DNA of 64,000 nucleotides, taken from contig CAKVHA010000002.1 of the NCBI GenBank assembly GCA_934747775.1, positions 70,361 to 134,360 on the forward strand, in the 5' to 3' direction. Below the pieces are notes generated by a model. That model was not told the origin of the DNA and did no database searches. It worked only from the letters and a program-made list of their open reading frames with translations. Numbering within the stretch: position 1 is the stretch's first letter; the number at the start of each line of letters is the position of its first letter. This DNA comes from an uncultured Clostridia bacterium (lineage in GTDB: Bacteria; Bacillota; Clostridia; Christensenellales; UBA1242). Positions 55,423 through 64,000 of this stretch are shown one piece after another. Both the position numbers and the translations under genes were made by a program.

Positions 55423-55992
55423 TTATATTCCTTTAATTTTTTCCGCATAATCCCACGATATTTTTGTAGGTGGTTTTTCTTTAACACTATCGTAGGCGGT
55501 TTTCATAAACTTGGCTATAATTTCGGCATCAACCGCACCCGCACCACCGCCAAACGCTGGAACAACAATGTTTTTAACATTATTTTTGTGGGCAGTTCGC
55601 AAGGTTTCACGTGTGGCATAGTAAACAACAAGCGGGTCTTTAATCATACTAGGTTTTCGCATAGTGGGTGTGTGAATTAGCGTTTTGTTTGTATCTGGAA
55701 TATTCACAATAAACGAAGTTCCCACTGGTTGTTCGCCGTCAAAATTTTTAATTATGTAGTCTTGCACTTTTGCTTGAAGCGCGTCGCCAAAATGATTTGT
55801 TATGGCAAGGTCGTAGCCGCCGTCCATTAACCCAAAAGAGTTTGCGGGTGACACAATACAATCTACCGCATCGTGAGTACTTACAAAATTTTCAAAATCG
55901 TCTTTTACAATTTCCACATTTTTAACGCCTGCAAAATACTTGTTCCAATAATATATCATTTTTTCGTTGTTGTCCAACAAATATATTTTCAT
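55423..55992 (-). CDS. macro domain protein (ADP-ribose binding/hydrolase fold)
   Basis: VSPANSFGLMDGGYDLAI and PAFGGGAGAV motifs are typical of a macrodomain subfamily. Confidence 0.7.
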   Translation of the reverse strand: MKIYLLDNNEKMIYYWNKYFAGVKNVEIVKDDFENFVSTHDAVDCIVSPANSFGLMDGGYDLAITNHFGDALQAKVQDYIIKNFDGEQPVGTSFIVNIPDTNKTLIHTPTMRKPSMIKDPLVVYYATRETLRTAHKNNVKNIVVPAFGGGAGAVDAEIIAKFMKTAYDSVKEKPPTKISWDYAEKIKGI

Positions 55993-56065
55993 AATACCAC
56001 CTGTTTTTTACATTGTATCACAACCTAAAAGTAAAACAAATACTAATTGTTAAATTTAGTTGCGG

Positions 56066-57097
56066 TTACCATTTGTTTACAACTTTTTCGGCAAAAGCCA
56101 AAAAGTCGTGAAGAATTATTTTTTTGCCATTGTCTAGCACCATAAATCCGTTAAAGTATCCAAAAACTTGGTGCTGGTTACTAGAAATTACAACCGCGCT
56201 CGTGTTGGCGTGTCTATCCAAAATTGGCGTGAAGTTCATTTCAAATCGGCCGTCGCTAGATGTAAATATCCACGGCGACATAAAATCGTCTTTACCCTTG
56301 GAGTTTTTAGGAATATTAAACTTAACATTTTCTAATTTTTGTGCAACACCGTCATAAAACAACATATTTTCGGTTGCATTTGAAGTGTCACCAAAACCAT
56401 AGCCAATATTAAAGCCAATTTCGTGGCCATCTACCACGCCGCAGCCTGCACCCCAGTACCACGTGTTTTTGTATGTCCATACACCGCGTCCCCAATCTAA
56501 AAGTGCGCGAGTGTCGCCACTAGCAAATTTGTACACGTCGGTGCCAATTATTACTTCACCTTCCGCTTTAAAACCCACTATTTTTTGATTGTAGTAAAAC
56601 GCAGTTTTCTTTTCTTTAAATGGTGTAGCAATAACCATACTGTCTTGCGGTTCGGCTGTAAGAGTAAAACTAACTCTTATGTCGTCGTCTTTTTTAAAGT
56701 TTTTAAGCCAAACGGAAATTTCGCGTTTTGTGCCGTCGTTTTTAAATGAAAAGCTGTAGTTTTTAGCTGTCACTTCCACGTCGCCAAATTCGCTGGTTGA
56801 CGGCAAGTTGGTTTTGCCCTTTGTCATAAAGCGCATTGGCGATTTTGTGATTTCGGTTTTGTTTTTAAAATCCAAAAACGATATGGAATTTAATCCCATA
56901 TACGAATTGTCGTCCACCGTAACTGCAACGCCATAACTATCGTTGTAGATTAAATAATAATCCCACTCCTTAATTTTTAAACTGCCTGCTTTTATTGCAC
57001 TGCGGTCATATTTTTTTACTAATTTTGTGGCGTAACCTGCTTCTACTAAACATCCGTTTTTATCTAGCAAGTTGCCTTTTTTTAATAGTTTTTGCAT
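56066..57097 (-). CDS. DUF2804-like protein
   Basis: 343 aa, beta-rich, with GW/WYWG motifs (TWYWGAGCG). Family assignment is from memory of the overall pattern only. Confidence 0.45.
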   Translation of the reverse strand: MQKLLKKGNLLDKNGCLVEAGYATKLVKKYDRSAIKAGSLKIKEWDYYLIYNDSYGVAVTVDDNSYMGLNSISFLDFKNKTEITKSPMRFMTKGKTNLPSTSEFGDVEVTAKNYSFSFKNDGTKREISVWLKNFKKDDDIRVSFTLTAEPQDSMVIATPFKEKKTAFYYNQKIVGFKAEGEVIIGTDVYKFASGDTRALLDWGRGVWTYKNTWYWGAGCGVVDGHEIGFNIGYGFGDTSNATENMLFYDGVAQKLENVKFNIPKNSKGKDDFMSPWIFTSSDGRFEMNFTPILDRHANTSAVVISSNQHQVFGYFNGFMVLDNGKKIILHDFLAFAEKVVNKW

Positions 57098-57235
57098 TTT
57101 TTACCCCTTTATTTTAATACTACAATATCACAATTTTAATGTTTTTCAAAATACTTTTTGTGATGTGATTGGCTGTGTGTGGAGATTTTACAGACCAAAT
57201 TAATATTTAAAATTAAACATTCACACAACAGCAAA

Positions 57236-57268
57236 TAAAAAAAGCAATCATAATTTGATTGCTTTTTT
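57236..57268. terminator. bidirectional intrinsic terminator
   Basis: AAAAAAA-GCAATCA-taattt-TGATTGC-TTTTTT. Confidence 0.8.
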
Positions 57269-57287
57269 ATAAAACATTATTATTTTA

Positions 57288-60068
57288 TTATCTATTATTA
57301 ATAGCGTCGATTGGGCGTTTTTTAGAGATTTTGTAAGTTGGAAGGAAGCTTGCAATAAATGCAGAAACAAAACTTACGGCAAACAACAATATAAATTGTC
57401 TTAAACCAATTGTAAGCAAGCTTATTGGCATACCCAATTCTTTAACAATAACTCTATTTACGATGAAACAAACAGTAAATGTTGCAATAGACGACAAGAC
57501 AAAGTTGATAAACGCAATAATGCAACTTTCGTTGAAGAATATTCCAAACACGTCACTACCGCGCGCACCAAGAGCTCTTAGCACACCAATTTCACGTTTT
57601 TTGTGAGCGATTGATGTGGAAATAAAGTTCATAAGCAAAAGCGATGCAAACACAGCAAATGCAATACCAATATACAAGAATACTTGTGCAATATTTAAAA
57701 TAATGCTTTCAAAATTATCCAAAACAGATGTTGCTTCATTTTGAATTGTATATCGTTCGTCACCCCTATAAGTTTCACAGTACTTAACCAGCGACTCATC
57801 TTCACTAGTGCCATTTAATATTGTCATTAATTTAGAATACTGCGAAGCGTTTAGTATCTGATTTAAACTATTGTTTTCACCACCTATTATACCAAATGGG
57901 TCTGAATTTACTAGACCAACAACTGTAACTTCTTTTATAACATCTTTACGATCAATGTCATTTGTTATTTTAGCTTTTAATTGTCCGTTGTCTATTTTTT
58001 GTTTGATATAATCAGGAATTTCACCTGTCATATTGTTACGGAATATATATTCTGACAAAACTACTTCGTCAACTCCTAAATATATTGGAGACGAATTATT
58101 TAAATCTTTAACATAGTCAGGTACTGTTGCATTATTTTTTTCTTCATATGAAAGATTATTATAATAATCATTATACCCTTTAAAATAACATAGATATCCT
58201 CTTGATTCATCATTTGATACGAAATCTTTAAATAATGTGTATTTTTTTGAAATACCGCCACCATAAACACTCCCAACACGGTCATCGCTATCAGCATATA
58301 TAACACCCCTGCCACTTTTTTCGGACATTGATGTAACCGCATTTTTAGATAGATAAATAAAAGTACTTGGGCTATTTGAAAGTTTTTCCATATCCATATA
58401 AAAACTCAAACTCATTTCGTTGTTTTGATTTGTGTTGTTGTTTTGCATTTCATATTTAGTCATATCTATATTGTCTTCAACAACTCCAACAACTTTATAT
58501 TTTGTTGCGCTACTATTTGTATCTAGTTGAATTTCTATACCATTAAAATCGGTAGGCCTTGTTTCTGTTGTGGCATTATGTTTTAAACACCACCACAAAT
58601 GTTTTGATATTGCAATTTCATCGTCAGCAACTGGCAACCTGCCATCCACTGTCCAACCAAGTTTTTGCAAATCATCATTCACCATATTAACAGCGCAGCC
58701 ATACCCAAATATTTTACCTACATCCATAGAATTGCTGTTTTGTTCTATTCCAACCGCATTCAAATAACCAAAGTTTCCATAAGTTGTATAAGTTGGTTTT
58801 GCTACAACCCTAAAATTATAGTTAGGATACTTTTGTTTTAAAGATGTAATATCATCATCAGTTAAATAGTCTGATGTCGTACCATAATCATCTTTTAACT
58901 CTTTTTCTATCATTAGCACTTTTTGACCGCTTTGCTTAATGCCGTCGTAAACGCTGGCAGCACGGTTCCACGACGAGAATGCGTCTACCACGCCAAACAC
59001 CGTGAATGCTATAAACGACAACAATATGGTAAAAATAAGTTTTCCAACTTTGGTTTTTAGTGAGCTTGCGCCCATTTTAAAACTATCGGAAAATTTAAGG
59101 TGCGACCTAATAAGTTTTAAGCTGCCACCATTATACTGTTGTTGTTTTATATCTTCTGGGGTTGTGTTTACAAAACTTTCTTTATTGCCGTCGTCGTTAA
59201 TCCTTGCGCCTTCTTTAAGTTTTTTGTTACCTTCGGAATCAAACGATATAAATAAGTCCGACTTTTCAACATTGCCTTTTATAAACTTGGTTAGGCTGTA
59301 CACTTCGGCATCGGTAATTTGTTGACCCTTTTTTATGTACAACATATCGTTTCCAATAAGTTTTATGCCCGATGCGGTTTGACGGCTTTCTATCTCCTTT
59401 TTAGTTAAATCCGCAATAATTTTGCCGTCTTTAAGTTCTATAATTCGGTCACCATAAATTTCGGCAAACTCGCGGTCGTGCGAAACAATAATAACGAGTT
59501 TTGTTTTTGAAAGTTGTTTTAGAGTATCCATAACCTGCTTGCCGGTGTTGCTATCTAGCGCGCCAGTAGGTTCGTCCGCCATAATTATTTCTGGGTTTTT
59601 AATAAGTGCACGAGCGATTGCAACCCTTTGTTTTTGACCACCAGAAAGTTGGTTTGGTTTTCGGTTTGCATAAGAAAGCATATCCACTTGTTCTAGTAAG
59701 TGATTAACTTCTTCTTTAGTGGCTTTTTTGCCCTGTAACTCTAGCGCTAGCGCCAAGTTTTTGGAAACCGTAAAGTTTTCTAGAATATTGTACTCTTGAA
59801 ATATAAAACCAATAAAGGTGTTGCGGTAGCTATCGAAATCGCTTTGGGTAAAGTCTTTGCTAGATTTGCCTTTAATGATAATTTCGCCAGAGTCAAATTT
59901 ATCTAGTCCGCCAATAGCATTAAGAAGAGTACTTTTACCGCTACCAGATTTACCTAGCAAAAAAACAAGACCTGTTTCGGGAAAGTCGATGCTAACATTG
60001 TTTAGGGCATAAACAGTGTCGGCTTTTTTGCTTTTGTAGGTTTTTACAATATTTACTACTTTTAACAT
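57288..60068 (-). CDS. fused ABC transporter ATPase-permease (MacB/FtsX type)
   Basis: N-terminal Walker A GKSGSGKST, signature LSGGQKQR, Walker B IIMADEPT. Large extracytoplasmic region and a C-terminal FtsX-like 4-TM domain. Confidence 0.85.
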   Translation of the reverse strand: MLKVVNIVKTYKSKKADTVYALNNVSIDFPETGLVFLLGKSGSGKSTLLNAIGGLDKFDSGEIIIKGKSSKDFTQSDFDSYRNTFIGFIFQEYNILENFTVSKNLALALELQGKKATKEEVNHLLEQVDMLSYANRKPNQLSGGQKQRVAIARALIKNPEIIMADEPTGALDSNTGKQVMDTLKQLSKTKLVIIVSHDREFAEIYGDRIIELKDGKIIADLTKKEIESRQTASGIKLIGNDMLYIKKGQQITDAEVYSLTKFIKGNVEKSDLFISFDSEGNKKLKEGARINDDGNKESFVNTTPEDIKQQQYNGGSLKLIRSHLKFSDSFKMGASSLKTKVGKLIFTILLSFIAFTVFGVVDAFSSWNRAASVYDGIKQSGQKVLMIEKELKDDYGTTSDYLTDDDITSLKQKYPNYNFRVVAKPTYTTYGNFGYLNAVGIEQNSNSMDVGKIFGYGCAVNMVNDDLQKLGWTVDGRLPVADDEIAISKHLWWCLKHNATTETRPTDFNGIEIQLDTNSSATKYKVVGVVEDNIDMTKYEMQNNNTNQNNEMSLSFYMDMEKLSNSPSTFIYLSKNAVTSMSEKSGRGVIYADSDDRVGSVYGGGISKKYTLFKDFVSNDESRGYLCYFKGYNDYYNNLSYEEKNNATVPDYVKDLNNSSPIYLGVDEVVLSEYIFRNNMTGEIPDYIKQKIDNGQLKAKITNDIDRKDVIKEVTVVGLVNSDPFGIIGGENNSLNQILNASQYSKLMTILNGTSEDESLVKYCETYRGDERYTIQNEATSVLDNFESIILNIAQVFLYIGIAFAVFASLLLMNFISTSIAHKKREIGVLRALGARGSDVFGIFFNESCIIAFINFVLSSIATFTVCFIVNRVIVKELGMPISLLTIGLRQFILLFAVSFVSAFIASFLPTYKISKKRPIDAINNR

Positions 60069-60227
60069 TTTTGCTCCTTGCTGTAATATGAGAATAATAT
60101 TACTATTAATGATATTAGTATATTGTTTTTTACCACATTAATCAAGTTTATTTGTAAAATTTTGCAATTAATCTTGAAACCAACAAAATGTTGTGATATA
60201 CTTTTAAAAAAAAGGACATTTTTTACT

Positions 60228-60767
60228 ATGGGAATTATGGACTACTTAAATGGCAAAAAAACACAAAGAATTTTTGCTAAATATTTTAATAATGGCGGCA
60301 AGGGGTTAACCAAAGACGAAATTAAAATGGTTAATGACGCAATTTTGAAAAGCGGAATGGTTGTTTCTGGCGAAATAGAACACAACAGTATAACAAACCT
60401 TGCTGCATACGCGCACTTATCTGCGGACTTAAAATCTAGGCTTATTTTAGAGCCACGCAAAGAAACTCGCGAAAAACTAGAAAATGGCGAAGTTGTTAAC
60501 AAAAACTTGGCATTTCTTGCCACAAACAAGTTGGTTTTTACACAAGATATGACTTTAAACACCATTAATGCAGACACAACTGTTAATGGCACACCTTACA
60601 AGGTTTATGAAATTACTGTTAGCGATGACCCTAAAGACCTTGAAGTTAAATCGGTTAAATTTGAACAAATGAACCACAAAGAACAACTAAACACTATTAA
60701 CACAATTAAAAACTTTGCTAAAGTTAAACCTGCAACTCCTACTAGCCACAGCTTAAGGGAATTGTAA
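60228..60767 (+). CDS. hypothetical protein
   Basis: First ATG after the TTGAAA-17-TATACT promoter (-10 at 60197-60202). The longer ORF from 60123 would start upstream of that promoter. No motif recognised. Confidence 0.5.
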   Translation: MGIMDYLNGKKTQRIFAKYFNNGGKGLTKDEIKMVNDAILKSGMVVSGEIEHNSITNLAAYAHLSADLKSRLILEPRKETREKLENGEVVNKNLAFLATNKLVFTQDMTLNTINADTTVNGTPYKVYEITVSDDPKDLEVKSVKFEQMNHKEQLNTINTIKNFAKVKPATPTSHSLREL

Positions 60768-60863
60768 AAATAAGGATTGTAATTATATTATTAGTTTAAA
60801 ATAATTTAATCTTTAATATAATTAATTTGATACACCGTTATTAAACACATAATTAGAATACAT

Positions 60864-60897
60864 AAAAAAATCGTTAGAAAACTCTAACGATTTTTTT
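60864..60897. terminator. bidirectional intrinsic terminator
   Basis: AAAAAAA-TCGTTAGA-aaac-TCTAACGA-TTTTTTT. Confidence 0.85.
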
Positions 60898-60898
60898 G

Positions 60899-62695
60899 TT
60901 AATTTTCAAATTGGCTGTTGTATAGTTCGGCATAAGCACCATTTAGCGCAATAAGCTCATCGTGTTTACCCTTTTCAACAATATCGCCGTCTTTTAGTAC
61001 CAATATTAAATCCGCATTTTTAATTGTAGAAAGGCGGTGTGCAATTACAAAAGTTGTGCGACCTTTCATAAGTTTATCCATTGCGTTTTGAATAAGCACT
61101 TCGGTACGCGTATCAACACTACTTGTCGCTTCGTCCAAAATTAGCATTGGGTTATCCTGAACCATAGCGCGCGCAATTGTTAGCAATTGTTTTTGACCAG
61201 CGGAAATTGATGTTGTGTCATCCAGCACAGTATTATAGCCTTGTGGCAATGTTTTTATAAAGTGATGCAAGCCACATTCGCGGCAAGCGTTTATAATTGT
61301 TTCGTCGTCCACATCGGTTTTTGAATACATAATGTTTTGTTTTACGGTGCCTTCAAACATCCAAGTATCTTGAAGCACCATTCCAAACAAGTTGTGCACA
61401 TTATCGCGCGAAAGGTCTTTAGTATTTACGCCGTCTATTAAAATTTCGCCACTATCTATGTCGTAAAAACGCATAAGCAAATTTACAAGCGTGGTTTTTC
61501 CAGCACCAGTGTGACCAACAATTGCCACCTTTTGCCCTGCTTTTATTTTTGCGCTAAAGTCATTAATAATTGTTTTTTCTGGGGTGTAGCCAAATTTAAC
61601 GTGTTTAAATTCAACATTACCCTTAACATCTTTAAGCTCTTTAGTTGGTGTTTCGTGTGACATTTCTTGTTCGTCTAAAAAATCAAACACACGCTCGCCA
61701 GCAGCTGCAAGTTGTTGAACCGATGTTAGGCTTTGAGCAATTTGTGCAAGTGGCTGAGTGAACAGGCGGACATACACCATAAAGGCAATTATTACGCCAA
61801 ACGAGATTTTGCCATGGATGGCAAGTGCCGAACCAACCACACAAACAACAGCATAGCCAAAGTTGCCAATAAAATTCATTAGTGGCCCCATAAGACCGCT
61901 TAAAAACTGCGATTTCCACGCGCTGGAATACAACTTTTTGTTGCTATCATCAAATTTTTCGGTTACTTCGCGCTCGGCATTGTAAGCTTTTATAATGGTT
62001 TGACCAGAATAAACTTCTTCTATTTGACCATTAATTACACCCAACACTTGTTGTTGTTCGCGGAAATATTTTTGCGATTTTGCCATAACAATACCCATAA
62101 CGCCCACGCCTATTAGCGATGCGGCAATTGCGGATAGTGCCATTATCCAGTTGGTTACAAACATCATAACAACCGATCCCACAAAAAGTGTAACAGAGCT
62201 AACCAAAGTTGTAATTGAGTTGTTAAGCGATTGCGAAACGGTGTCTACGTCGTTGGTTACACGACTTAGCACGTCACCATATGGAGTGCGGTCTAAATAG
62301 CTAAGCGGCAAGCGGTTTATTTTTGTGGATATGTCGCCACGCATTTTTTTGCTGACTTTTTGGGTTACGCCACTCATAATATAACCTTGAGTGTATCCAA
62401 ATACAGCACTTAAGCCGTATGCAACAACTAGGAATATTGCAATTTTTAGCACCGCATTAATGTCAATTGGCGTCCACTGCCCCGTAACAATTAGCGACGC
62501 AAACGGAGCGGAAATAATGTTTGTAATTTCTTTAAGTTTGTTGGGTCCAATAAGCGTTAGCACTGTGGAAAACGCGGAAAGCACTAGCGCAATAATTACT
62601 GCCGGCAAGTACTTTTTAGAGTAACCAAACATTCTTTTAATGCTCTTTTTAAAATCCTTAGCTTTGTAGGAAACAATTGTATTTGGTCTTGGCAT
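60899..62695 (-). CDS. ABC exporter, fused TMD-NBD (type I exporter half-transporter)
   Basis: Six TM segments, then Walker A GHTGAGKTT, signature ISAGQKQL, Walker B LILDEATS. Confidence 0.9.
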   Translation of the reverse strand: MPRPNTIVSYKAKDFKKSIKRMFGYSKKYLPAVIIALVLSAFSTVLTLIGPNKLKEITNIISAPFASLIVTGQWTPIDINAVLKIAIFLVVAYGLSAVFGYTQGYIMSGVTQKVSKKMRGDISTKINRLPLSYLDRTPYGDVLSRVTNDVDTVSQSLNNSITTLVSSVTLFVGSVVMMFVTNWIMALSAIAASLIGVGVMGIVMAKSQKYFREQQQVLGVINGQIEEVYSGQTIIKAYNAEREVTEKFDDSNKKLYSSAWKSQFLSGLMGPLMNFIGNFGYAVVCVVGSALAIHGKISFGVIIAFMVYVRLFTQPLAQIAQSLTSVQQLAAAGERVFDFLDEQEMSHETPTKELKDVKGNVEFKHVKFGYTPEKTIINDFSAKIKAGQKVAIVGHTGAGKTTLVNLLMRFYDIDSGEILIDGVNTKDLSRDNVHNLFGMVLQDTWMFEGTVKQNIMYSKTDVDDETIINACRECGLHHFIKTLPQGYNTVLDDTTSISAGQKQLLTIARAMVQDNPMLILDEATSSVDTRTEVLIQNAMDKLMKGRTTFVIAHRLSTIKNADLILVLKDGDIVEKGKHDELIALNGAYAELYNSQFEN

Positions 62696-62696
62696 A

Positions 62697-64000
62697 TTAT
62701 AATTCCTCCTTGCTAAGTTGTGATAGGGCTATTTCTTTGTAAACTTTGCAGTTTTCTAGCAAGTCTTTATGTTTTCCAACACCCACAATTTCGCCATTTT
62801 CTAGCACTACAATTTTGTTTGCATTTTTAATTGTGCCTATACGTTGGGCAACAATTAAACAGGTGCTATCTTTTAGTTTTGCGCTAATAGCCTTTCTAAG
62901 TTTTTTATCAGTTTCGTAATCTAGCGCCGAAAATGTGTCGTCAAAAATTATTATTTCGGGCTGTCTAAGTAATGCACGTGCAATACTCAAACGCTGTTTT
63001 TGACCACCGCTTACATTTGTGCCGCCTTGAGTGATTGGTTTGTTTAGGTCGTCTTGGGTTTTCACAAAGTCGCCGGCTTGGGCAAGTGCTATTGCTTCCA
63101 TTTCGTCGTCTTTAGTAGGTTCTTTTATGTAATCGCCAAGGGTGATGTTGCTTTCAACCGTACCCGAAAACATTACAGCCTTTTGAGAGATGTAGCCAAT
63201 TTTGTTGTGCAAGTCACTAAGTTTGTAGTTTTTAACATTTTCGCCGTCTACTAAAAGCGAGCCTTCGGTTACGTCGTAAAAGCGCGGAACAAGGTTTACA
63301 AGCGTGCTTTTGCCGCAACCAGTTGAGCCAATTATTGCCACGGTTTCTCCCTTTTTAACGGATAGGTTTATATCCTTTAAGACATACTCGTCGGCATTAG
63401 GATATTTAAAGCAAACGTTTCTAAACTCAATTTCGCCTTGGGCTGTTGGGTTTATTTCTCCGTTGCCGTCTTGAATGCTAGAATTTGTGGACAAAACTTC
63501 GTTTAATCTTTTTGCCGACACAATTGCACGCGGTGTCATAATGAATATCATAATAAGCATTATAAACGCCATAATTACTTGAACGGCATACGATGAAAAC
63601 ACAACCATATCGCCCATTAAAGCGCTTTTTTGTGTAAGTTCGGCAGCATTAATTATATGCGCGCCAAGCCAATAAATTGCAAGACTAAGTCCGCTCATTA
63701 ATATTGTCATAAGTGGGCTTAGCACCGACATCGTGTGCTGAACAAACAAGTTGTTTTTAGTAATATCGGTGTTTACTTTTGCAAATTTTTCTTCTTCATA
63801 ACTCTCGGCATTGTAAGCTCTAACAACGCGTGCGCCTGTTAGGTTTTCTCTGGTTACACGGTTTAAATTGTCGGTGTATGTTTGAATTTTTTTAAAGCGT
63901 GGCAAAGCCAAAAGCATAACAATGGTAACAGTTAGAAGCAACACACCCACTGTAACTGCGGTGGCAAGTGTCCACTGCCAATTTTTGCTGCTGATTTTGC
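62697..64000 (-). CDS. ABC exporter half-transporter, N-terminus beyond the right window edge
   Basis: Walker A GSTGCGKST, signature VSGGQKQR, Walker B IIFDDTFS. The frame stays open to position 64000. It sits 1 nt upstream of its partner gene, so a heterodimeric exporter is likely. Confidence 0.85.
   Translation of the reverse strand, partial: KISSKNWQWTLATAVTVGVLLLTVTIVMLLALPRFKKIQTYTDNLNRVTRENLTGARVVRAYNAESYEEEKFAKVNTDITKNNLFVQHTMSVLSPLMTILMSGLSLAIYWLGAHIINAAELTQKSALMGDMVVFSSYAVQVIMAFIMLIMIFIMTPRAIVSAKRLNEVLSTNSSIQDGNGEINPTAQGEIEFRNVCFKYPNADEYVLKDINLSVKKGETVAIIGSTGCGKSTLVNLVPRFYDVTEGSLLVDGENVKNYKLSDLHNKIGYISQKAVMFSGTVESNITLGDYIKEPTKDDEMEAIALAQAGDFVKTQDDLNKPITQGGTNVSGGQKQRLSIARALLRQPEIIIFDDTFSALDYETDKKLRKAISAKLKDSTCLIVAQRIGTIKNANKIVVLENGEIVGVGKHKDLLENCKVYKEIALSQLSKEEL

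Overview
This is a visibly AT-rich chromosomal segment that uses the standard genetic code (TGA is a stop; the long synthetase ORFs are uninterrupted). The gene content looks like an anaerobic Firmicutes/Mollicutes-like bacterium. I call about 55 protein genes, most of them housekeeping. They include four aminoacyl-tRNA synthetases (serS, a short alaS, valS, leuS), dnaB, metK, a trimeric HydABC-type [FeFe] hydrogenase, rubrerythrin, cardiolipin synthase, DegV, RadC, LemA/DUF2207, an OYE-type flavin reductase, three ABC transporter genes, and about 15 lineage-specific hypotheticals. RNA features are four tRNAs (Glu, Met, fMet, Ser), a T-box leader on valS and a SAM-I riboswitch on metK. Promoters are strikingly canonical (TTGACA-17-TATAAT), which makes orphan promoters easy to spot. 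I found no integrase, transposase, CRISPR array or recognisable defence operon. The most unusual signal is non-coding: a family of GC- and C-rich structured elements confined to intergenic DNA at about 2.85, 10.3-10.6 and 28.4-28.75 kb, with possible degenerate traces at 45.9 kb. One copy has its own promoter and terminator, like a stand-alone ~130-nt sRNA gene. Three copies share a hairpin whose stem sequence and length differ while pairing is kept. Other items worth follow-up are an unclassified terminator/antiterminator leader before an M20 peptidase gene, an odd structured leader fused to tRNA-Ser, two near-identical promoters driving a small coiled-coil gene and a 942-aa cytoplasmic LRR protein, and a DAC-like protein with RRR in place of the RHR motif. 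All calls come from reading the sequence by eye; no searches were run.
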